Of a stretch of DNA of 64,000 bases, positions 9,307 through 15,706 are shown piece by piece. The notes beneath the pieces were generated by a model. It saw only the letters and a list, made by a program, of their open reading frames with translations, searched no databases and had not been told where the DNA came from. The DNA lies in the IMG/VR virus record IMGVR_UViG_3300042564_002819, positions 1 to 64,000 of that record; one strand, 5' to 3'. Every line of letters begins with the position of its first letter. Positions within the stretch are counted from its first letter, which is position 1. A program made the position numbers and the translations under genes.

Positions 9307-9903
9307 ATGAAAAATTTTATAAGTATAATTTGGGAAGAAGGCAACGTAAATAAAGACAAGCTAGTCGAATCTGTAATTAATACTAACAATCTTCCACTAA
9401 ATGAGAGTAATGTAAAATACATATCCGGCAAAACCGAACAGGGTGCTAACTTATTACGTATAGCTATTACTAAAAATTTATCAGAAAGCGAATGCGATAT
9501 ACTTGCAGATAAAATTGCAGATAAAGTATTTGAAATGGGCCTAGATGACTTCGATCTCGAATTTACTACTGAAGATGAAGTAGTGGATGAAGAAACCTAC
9601 GATGGCGATGAATTCTACGAAGCATACGGAGTTATGTGGTTCAACGAAGACGAAATATTAGACGAAGCAGAATATCAAGGACGCAAAGTACCGCTAGGAA
9701 AACCTATGCGTGGTGACGTTAAAAAATTTAAAGTGTATGTAAGAAACCCAAGTGGCAACGTAGTTAAAGTAAACTTCGGCGATCCTAACATGAAAATTAA
9801 AAAGTCTAACCCAGCAAGACGCAGAAGTTTCCGTGCAAGACACAATTGTGATAATCCTGGACCTAGAACTAAGGCAAGATATTGGAGTTGCAGGGCTTGG
9901 TGA
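9307..9903 (+). CDS. Two-part protein: acidic N domain plus basic C module (VKKVNFG-type, ARYWSC) seen in large myoviruses
   Basis: LDE|AEYQGRKV...KFKVYV..NVVKVNFGDPNMKIKK.NPARRRSFRARHNC...KARYWSCRAW. Confidence 0.65.
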   Translation: MKNFISIIWEEGNVNKDKLVESVINTNNLPLNESNVKYISGKTEQGANLLRIAITKNLSESECDILADKIADKVFEMGLDDFDLEFTTEDEVVDEETYDGDEFYEAYGVMWFNEDEILDEAEYQGRKVPLGKPMRGDVKKFKVYVRNPSGNVVKVNFGDPNMKIKKSNPARRRSFRARHNCDNPGPRTKARYWSCRAW

Positions 9904-10012
9904 TGCATTACAATACTTTACATTGGAAAAAAAGCATGGGTAAGCACATTAGTAGAGGAAAACATAAAAACTTCCTAGTCGAACAACTAAGTACATATAA
10001 GGATTTGACATA

Positions 10013-10369
10013 ATGGTAAAAATAGTCGAATTTACCGATCTTGCATTAAATGCACACACCAATGAACCTAATGGAGCACTTCCTTGGGATGTAGTAGAAG
10101 ATTTGGTTGTGTATATGCGTAACGAGCCAAACTTTTACAGACAAAAGTTATACCCTACAATGTTAGAAGTTCAAAAAACTGTTAAAAAAGGCGGCAAGTT
10201 TAATAAAAGAAAAATGATACCTCTTGTAGACGAAGCTGTTTTGTCGTATATTAAAAAGTATAACATCAAAAAAACACCAGAAGAATTGCTATCAGATTCT
10301 GAAAAAATGGATTGCATTTCTAAAATTTTAGAAGACGAAGTAGAAAACTTTAAAAAAGGATCTTATTAA
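10013..10369 (+). CDS. Hypothetical protein
   Basis: 118 aa ORF coupled to the next gene; MVKIVEF N-terminus. Confidence 0.7.
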   Translation: MVKIVEFTDLALNAHTNEPNGALPWDVVEDLVVYMRNEPNFYRQKLYPTMLEVQKTVKKGGKFNKRKMIPLVDEAVLSYIKKYNIKKTPEELLSDSEKMDCISKILEDEVENFKKGSY

Positions 10370-11886
10370 TGCAACTAAGAGAACTGTTTAATCAAAATAA
10401 GACAACAGCAGTTCTTGCATTTGGAAGAATGAATCCAATTACTATTGGACATCGCAAATTAGCTGAAACAATAAAAAGTATACCCGGCGACGGTTATATT
10501 TTTCTTTCTCATAAACAAAATTCTAAAACCGATCCTTTAAGTTTTGAAACAAAACTTAAGTTTGCAAAAGAATACTTTCCAGGGATAACTGTTGGTGATT
10601 CGTCGGTAAGAACTATTATCGAAGCTATTAAAAAAGTAAATTCACTAGGTTACACAAAACTGGTTTATGTAGCAGGTTCGGACAGAGTTAACGAATTTAC
10701 ACAACTACTAAATGCATATAACAATAAAGAATACTTCTTCGAGAGTATTGAAATAGTTAATGCAGGAGCACGAGATCCTGACGCCGAAGGTGTCGAAGGC
10801 ATTAGTGCAAGCAAACTTAGAGAAGCTGCTATAAAAAATGATGTTAAAACATTTCTAGCAGGAACTCCTAACAACAAGTTTTCTTTAGAAATGTTTGAAG
10901 CTGTTCGTAAAAATATGACCGATGTTACGTCCGAGCCCAAGCATAGCAATGTAAAAAAAAATGATTTAATACCAGCATTGGAAAAATTTCTTCCAATTGC
11001 TATGGAAGTATTAAACATTGAAAAACTTCCAAAAATTAAACTAGAAAAACATATAGAAACAAAAGATCAGCCATCATTTGGCAGATTTGTAAATGACAAA
11101 GTTGTTATCCACCTAGGAATTCAAAATCGTCATCCTATAGATATTCTAAGAACATTGGCTCATGAACTTGTACATTTTAAACAATTACTAGATGGAAAAC
11201 TAGACAAAAATAGTGGCATGACAGGAAGCCCTGAAGAAAACGAAGCACACATTAAAGCAGGCATCGTTATGCGTCTGTTTGACAAAAAATATCCAGAATA
11301 TTTTAAAGAACCAGCAGTTAATTTTTCAGAATCAAAAGTAATGTATGTCGAACCGCAGTTCGACGTAGAATGGGATGAGGCAAAAAGATATCCCGAATTT
11401 GCTAAGTTAGGATTCGAAGGATGGCTCAACCTTGTTAAAAAAGGCAAAGCTGTAACTATTAAATCGGCAAAGGGTATAAACAACACCGATGCTAATGAGC
11501 CTGATAGTTTTAAATCTTTAGATCAAAACAAACAAAAACGAGCAATGTCGCAAATACAAAGCGGCAAAGTAGAAATGCCAATAATAGCAGTTTACCCAGA
11601 TGGTTGGAAAGAGCTTATTGGCGGAAATACTCGTTTAACAGGGATGTTAGCAACACAAAGCAAAGCAACTGTTTGGGTCTTTAAAGTTCCTAATGAAATT
11701 CTAGATGAAAACTTTGCAGATGGTAAAGTAAAAGGTAAAAGCAGACCAGGACGTGTAAAACGTGCAGGTGCTAGTTGCAACGGTAGTGTTACAGCACTAC
11801 GTAAAAGAGCAAAAAACAGTTCAGGTGAAAAAGCGAGGATGTATCATTGGTGTGCAAACATGAAGAGTGGACGCAAGAAGAACTAG
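10369..11886 (+). CDS. Multidomain protein: HIGH-type nucleotidyl/cytidylyltransferase + HExxH module + ParB/Srx-like module + basic C-terminal module
   Basis: FGRMNPITIGH, YVAGSDRV, RDPDAEGVEGISASKLR; LAHELVH...ENEA; MPIIAVYPDG..ELIGGNTRL; Cys-containing basic tail. Confidence 0.7.
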   Translation: MQLRELFNQNKTTAVLAFGRMNPITIGHRKLAETIKSIPGDGYIFLSHKQNSKTDPLSFETKLKFAKEYFPGITVGDSSVRTIIEAIKKVNSLGYTKLVYVAGSDRVNEFTQLLNAYNNKEYFFESIEIVNAGARDPDAEGVEGISASKLREAAIKNDVKTFLAGTPNNKFSLEMFEAVRKNMTDVTSEPKHSNVKKNDLIPALEKFLPIAMEVLNIEKLPKIKLEKHIETKDQPSFGRFVNDKVVIHLGIQNRHPIDILRTLAHELVHFKQLLDGKLDKNSGMTGSPEENEAHIKAGIVMRLFDKKYPEYFKEPAVNFSESKVMYVEPQFDVEWDEAKRYPEFAKLGFEGWLNLVKKGKAVTIKSAKGINNTDANEPDSFKSLDQNKQKRAMSQIQSGKVEMPIIAVYPDGWKELIGGNTRLTGMLATQSKATVWVFKVPNEILDENFADGKVKGKSRPGRVKRAGASCNGSVTALRKRAKNSSGEKARMYHWCANMKSGRKKN

Positions 11887-11958
11887 AGCATTATGTTCGT
11901 GTTTTAAAAGAACACGAACTACGTAGGGCAAGTACCGACGAGAGGAACAAGTATTGGT

Positions 11959-12186
11959 ATGAATATAGAAGATCTAAAGAGATTAGCAGGAATAACAGAA
12001 TTTAAAGGTTATACACCTTACGAAGGTTCTAACATTTCTGTAACCGGGACTGAAAAGCGTCGTATAGAACGAGAAAAAAACATTAAACCTGGAGACAAAG
12101 AATGGTTTGAATTGTGGTTTAATCTTCCATACATGACAGGTTCGCTAAATACAAAGCCGGGCTTTAGAGGACGAAAGAAAAAATGA
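11959..12186 (+). CDS. Small hypothetical protein
   Basis: 75 aa; MNIEDLKRLAGI N-terminus, IKPGDKEWFELWF motif. Confidence 0.7.
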   Translation: MNIEDLKRLAGITEFKGYTPYEGSNISVTGTEKRRIEREKNIKPGDKEWFELWFNLPYMTGSLNTKPGFRGRKKK

Positions 12187-12578
12187 GATTCAAAGATATT
12201 ATTTCCGAAGCATCCAAGCCAAAAGATTATGGAATTCCAGCTGCTATAGATCCTGATGTTGAACGATCAATTCCGGGAACTTTTGTTATACCCGAATTAA
12301 GAAACACAGATCCCTACATGCAATATCGTATGGGATTAGCACTTGCAGTTGCACAAGCAACTAAAAGCAGAGAAGTTAAGTTTGATCAAGAAACAGCTTG
12401 GGCTGAAAATTTTATTACTACTGCATATGCCGAAGAAGAACAAGAAACTATTAAACTAGCAGCAAAGTTAATGGGAGTTAGTACAAGGCAAGTTACCAGT
12501 ACTAAAAGTCAAGAGATCGACAGCGTTAACAAAACAAGTCCAGTTGCTAAACCAAAACGCAACAAATACGGAGTTTAA
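12183..12578 (+). CDS. Hypothetical protein, paralog A
   Basis: Shares QYR..ALA core and NKTSPVAKPKRNKYGV C-terminus with 12580..12966. Confidence 0.75.
   Translation: MRFKDIISEASKPKDYGIPAAIDPDVERSIPGTFVIPELRNTDPYMQYRMGLALAVAQATKSREVKFDQETAWAENFITTAYAEEEQETIKLAAKLMGVSTRQVTSTKSQEIDSVNKTSPVAKPKRNKYGV
12528..12565 (+). repeat. 38-bp direct repeat, copy 1
   Basis: AACAAAACAAGTCCAGTTGCTAAACCAAAACGCAACAA, identical to 12916..12953. Confidence 0.9.
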
Positions 12579-12579
12579 C

Positions 12580-12966
12580 ATGAAAGTAAGAGAAATTGTA
12601 AGCGAAGCTGCTGGAAGCAAATTATCAAAAAGAGAACAAGAAGCAACTGTAGGATTGCATACATACGACGATGGCCCAAATCTTGGAGCATTCGGCAGTG
12701 ACTACGGACAATACAGATTAATGATGGCTCTTGCTTGTTCCGACGGAAAGACTCCGCCTGATATAGATGCATTAAGCTGGATCGGGAAGAAGAAAACTGC
12801 ACACCCTTATACCGATGTTGAAGCAGAAATGCTTAAGCAAGGTTATAAAGTAATCGGTCTAAAATACGACGACTTAAATAAAGGTGATACAAAAAGCAAA
12901 GAGCTTGATAGCACAAACAAAACAAGTCCAGTTGCTAAACCAAAACGCAACAAGTATGGTGTATAA
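12580..12966 (+). CDS. Hypothetical protein, paralog B
   Basis: Start moved to MKVREIVSE at 12580, immediately after the paralog A stop; same C-terminus as paralog A. Confidence 0.75.
   Translation: MKVREIVSEAAGSKLSKREQEATVGLHTYDDGPNLGAFGSDYGQYRLMMALACSDGKTPPDIDALSWIGKKKTAHPYTDVEAEMLKQGYKVIGLKYDDLNKGDTKSKELDSTNKTSPVAKPKRNKYGV
12916..12953 (+). repeat. 38-bp direct repeat, copy 2
   Basis: Identical to 12528..12565. Confidence 0.9.
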
Positions 12967-13418
12967 TGAAAATTGAAGACCTATTCGAAGAAAAAGGAAC
13001 AAAAGCTGAAGCAGGTTATCAGCCCGATCCTAAGAATGGTCAAAAATGTATTAATTGTACAATGTGGAGAGATCCAAACAAGTGTACAGCAGTTGCAGGT
13101 AATATTAGTCCAAACGGTTGGTGCAAATGGTATGCCGGCGGTGCTTACGGTAAGCGTGGCAAAAAAATCGACGAAGACGGACGTATTGTGAAAGGTGTTA
13201 ACACTACTATTGACGTAGGTCCGGACGAAATTAAAAAGCAAAGTGCAAAGTTTGGAAACTCAGTAACAAAAGATGGATTACCTCCATTTTTAAGAACAAA
13301 CGGTAAGGTAAACGAAGAAGCCAAGTATACTTTGCGTGAATGGGCAGCAATTCAAGGTGGACATACTTTAGAAGATGAACCAATAAAACCTAAGTTATTT
13401 GATTGGAATAAATATTAA
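12966..13418 (+). CDS. Protein with N-terminal HiPIP-like [4Fe-4S] domain plus further short modules
   Basis: AGYQPDP..GQKCINCTMW...KCTAVAGNISPNGWCKWY matches the HiPIP pattern Y..C-x2-C..C..V.G.I...GWC; no signal peptide. Confidence 0.72.
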   Translation: MKIEDLFEEKGTKAEAGYQPDPKNGQKCINCTMWRDPNKCTAVAGNISPNGWCKWYAGGAYGKRGKKIDEDGRIVKGVNTTIDVGPDEIKKQSAKFGNSVTKDGLPPFLRTNGKVNEEAKYTLREWAAIQGGHTLEDEPIKPKLFDWNKY

Positions 13419-13419
13419 T

Positions 13420-13611
13420 ATGCTAATTCGCGAGTTACAAGATACAAAAGTTTTTTCAATATTTGTTGCAACTGTACAAGTTAAACAAAACTTTTATAGT
13501 CAATGGATCCCTGTGCAGGTGTCGGCCCGTAACATGCAAGAAGCAAAACAGCAGATTCTAGCCCAATATGGAAAAGATTCAAAAATTAGCGGATTAAAAA
13601 AAGCAAAATGA
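13420..13611 (+). CDS. Small hypothetical protein
   Basis: MLIRELQD start at 13420, just after the previous stop. Confidence 0.6.
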   Translation: MLIRELQDTKVFSIFVATVQVKQNFYSQWIPVQVSARNMQEAKQQILAQYGKDSKISGLKKAK

Positions 13612-13781
13612 AAATTGTAGAGATAACTGAAAAAGCTTTATTAAAAACTCCATTGGGTAGAGAAAAAATAAAAGCAGACCAAGCTAGAGGAAATGATCCT
13701 TGGCCTAAAAAAAGTAAGCCTACACTTGGCCCTACACAAAAACATCCACTGCGTGGAAAATTAGTTGGAGGCGGCTTATAA
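13608..13781 (+). CDS. Small basic hypothetical protein (57 aa, not in ORF track)
   Basis: Manual translation MKIVEITEK...HPLRGKLVGGGL*; ATGA and TAATG coupling on either side. Confidence 0.7.
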   Translation: MKIVEITEKALLKTPLGREKIKADQARGNDPWPKKSKPTLGPTQKHPLRGKLVGGGL

Positions 13782-13957
13782 TGAAAATACTTGAAATAAT
13801 TGAGTCTGCATCAGCAGGAGCCACTGGTGCAAGTGGAATAGCAACTGTTGTTAATCCATCTAAAAAATCTAAAAAGTCTAAAACATGGAAACCTACTGAT
13901 AATGCATTAGACATGAAAAATACAAGTTTGTTTGGCACAACTCTAATAAAACGATAA
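13781..13957 (+). CDS. Small hypothetical protein (58 aa, not in ORF track)
   Basis: Manual translation MKILEIIESASAGATGASGIATVVNP...NALDMKNTSLFGTTLIKR*. Confidence 0.7.
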   Translation: MKILEIIESASAGATGASGIATVVNPSKKSKKSKTWKPTDNALDMKNTSLFGTTLIKR

Positions 13958-13969
13958 ATATAATAAATA
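13953..13969 (+). promoter_or_regulatory. Tandem putative late promoters (GATAAATA, AATAAATA)
   Basis: Two late-consensus boxes upstream of GGAG and the ATG at 13984. Confidence 0.5.
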
Positions 13970-13983
13970 TTCCGGAGATTACA

Positions 13984-14499
13984 ATGAGAAATAAAAAGAT
14001 TAGCGAAGGACTATCAGAGTTAGCAGACACAACAGATCGTGATCATGAAATTCAGATGGCTCGTGCAGAATTATATAAAATTGCAGATTATGCTATCCAA
14101 CTACATAATCTATTAAGAAATATTTCAGAAGAAGAAGGTCTAGAAGCCTGGCAACAATCAAAAATAACAAAAGCAGCCGATTATGTTGGCTCTGTATTCC
14201 ATGCACTATCATACGATAAGAAAGTTCAACCTTCAGTCGGATCACCTACACCGCCAATGGCATCAAGTCCTGCACAGCTAGGAATGTCAGAATCCGATAT
14301 CAAAAACTATAAGTCGTTGCTTGAAAAAGCAAAGTCAAGAGCACAACAAAAGTTTATGGGCATGGTTTATGCTGCAAAGAAAGGCGAAAAGCCTGCTAGT
14401 CCAGAAGTTGCTAAAGTTGCAAAAGGCATGAGTAAGAGTGATGCAAAAGACTTTGCAAAAACAAAGCACAAAGGTAAACCAGAGCACGTCAAGAAATAA
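13984..14499 (+). CDS. Hypothetical protein with C-terminal DUF3008-like basic module
   Basis: HEIQMARAEL..LEAWQQSKITKAADY module followed by AKSRAQQKFMGMV..AKKG...MSKSDAKDFAKTKHKGKPE. Confidence 0.65.
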   Translation: MRNKKISEGLSELADTTDRDHEIQMARAELYKIADYAIQLHNLLRNISEEEGLEAWQQSKITKAADYVGSVFHALSYDKKVQPSVGSPTPPMASSPAQLGMSESDIKNYKSLLEKAKSRAQQKFMGMVYAAKKGEKPASPEVAKVAKGMSKSDAKDFAKTKHKGKPEHVKK

Positions 14500-15095
14500 T
14501 GGAATATGCCGAGAATCTAGTTTGGAAAAATATTGATCCGGACCATATGTGGATTCTTGATAAGCTAATACTGTCTAAAAAATTAAATTATACTAGTGGC
14601 CCGGTTGGTTTAGACGTACCAAAGCCGGGCCACTATATTGTTAGACCCTGTGTCAATATGCAAGGCTTAGGGTTAGGAGCACAACGAGTTTGGCTTGAAA
14701 AATCTACAAAGCATTTGCCTGTGGGATACTTTTGGTGTGAGTGGTTCGAAGGCAGACACTTGAGTATAGACTATCATCATGGTAAACAGGTTTTAGCAGT
14801 CGAAGGGCATAAACCTGATAACACATTTACACGATGGGATAGTTGGATTAAAGTTTCTGATAGACTAAAGATGCCCGATGTAATAAAACCTTTTGCTGAA
14901 ATATACGAATGGATTAACATAGAGTATATCGGAAAGAAATGTATAGAAGTACATTTTAGACACAATCAAGATTTTGAAAATAATATAACACATTTTATTC
15001 CTGTGTGGGAGGGCGACAGTACTGAGCCACCAGAAGGCTATTCTTACAAAGTGTATCCGGATGTACACGGAAGAATAGGTGCGTTTGTAAAATAA
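14499..15095 (+). CDS. Hypothetical protein, possible ATP-grasp-like fold
   Basis: YIVRPCVNMQGLGLGA, WCEWFEGRHLSIDY, INIEYIG..IEVHFR echo ATP-grasp motifs. Confidence 0.45.
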   Translation: MEYAENLVWKNIDPDHMWILDKLILSKKLNYTSGPVGLDVPKPGHYIVRPCVNMQGLGLGAQRVWLEKSTKHLPVGYFWCEWFEGRHLSIDYHHGKQVLAVEGHKPDNTFTRWDSWIKVSDRLKMPDVIKPFAEIYEWINIEYIGKKCIEVHFRHNQDFENNITHFIPVWEGDSTEPPEGYSYKVYPDVHGRIGAFVK

Positions 15096-15098
15096 AAA

Positions 15099-15127
15099 TT
15101 GACTTTTTTGGTATCTTGTATTACATT
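15099..15127 (+). promoter_or_regulatory. Sigma70-type promoter of the replication operon
   Basis: TTGACT-17nt-TACATT, then AAGGAG and ATG at 15146. Confidence 0.65.
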
Positions 15128-15145
15128 TACATAAAGGAGTACACA

Positions 15146-15412
15146 ATGAGTGATAGAGTTTACGGACCAGAAGAAAAAGCTAAATTAGAAAGACTAGTAA
15201 AAGAAGGCGTTAGTGTTATGCAAGAAGTTGACGACCTTACTAGTAGTCTTAAAGACACAATTAAAAGTGTTGCAGAAGAATTAAATATAAAACCTACAAT
15301 TATTAACAAAGCAATCAAAGTTGCAATGAAGCGTGATTGGAATAAACATCAAGACGCATTCGAGGATCTAGAAACCCTTGTTTCTACCTTGGGCTACGAC
15401 AAAGATGCTTGA
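15146..15412 (+). CDS. T4 DsbA-like double-stranded DNA-binding protein
   Basis: 88 aa helical protein (LKDTIKSVAEELNIKPTIINKAIK); upstream of the DNA polymerase; start set by AAGGAG. Confidence 0.55.
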   Translation: MSDRVYGPEEKAKLERLVKEGVSVMQEVDDLTSSLKDTIKSVAEELNIKPTIINKAIKVAMKRDWNKHQDAFEDLETLVSTLGYDKDA

Positions 15413-15638
15413 ACCGATAATACATAAAGATATTTTAGGAAATGAAATTAAACTAGGGGATACTGTTGTATACCCTAGTCATAACTCTTTAAAAATAGCA
15501 GTTGTAAAAAAAATTAATCCTAAAATGATAAATGTTGTAGCAGTAGGACGTAGCTGGCCTGACAGAAAGTATTCCACTGATCTGTTGGTTGTTAACGATC
15601 CTAAAATTACAATATACATTTTAAAAAATACTAAGTAA
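15405..15638 (+). CDS. Small hypothetical protein (SH3/KOW-like beta pattern)
   Basis: KDILGNEIKLGDTVVY motif; start at 15405 overlapping the previous stop. Confidence 0.6.
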   Translation: MLEPIIHKDILGNEIKLGDTVVYPSHNSLKIAVVKKINPKMINVVAVGRSWPDRKYSTDLLVVNDPKITIYILKNTK

Positions 15639-15706
15639 TCTATAGAGTCGCTCACTTAAGAGCATGTAGATGGTAAGTTGGCCAAGAAACAACAAAGGAG
15701 TAATAA

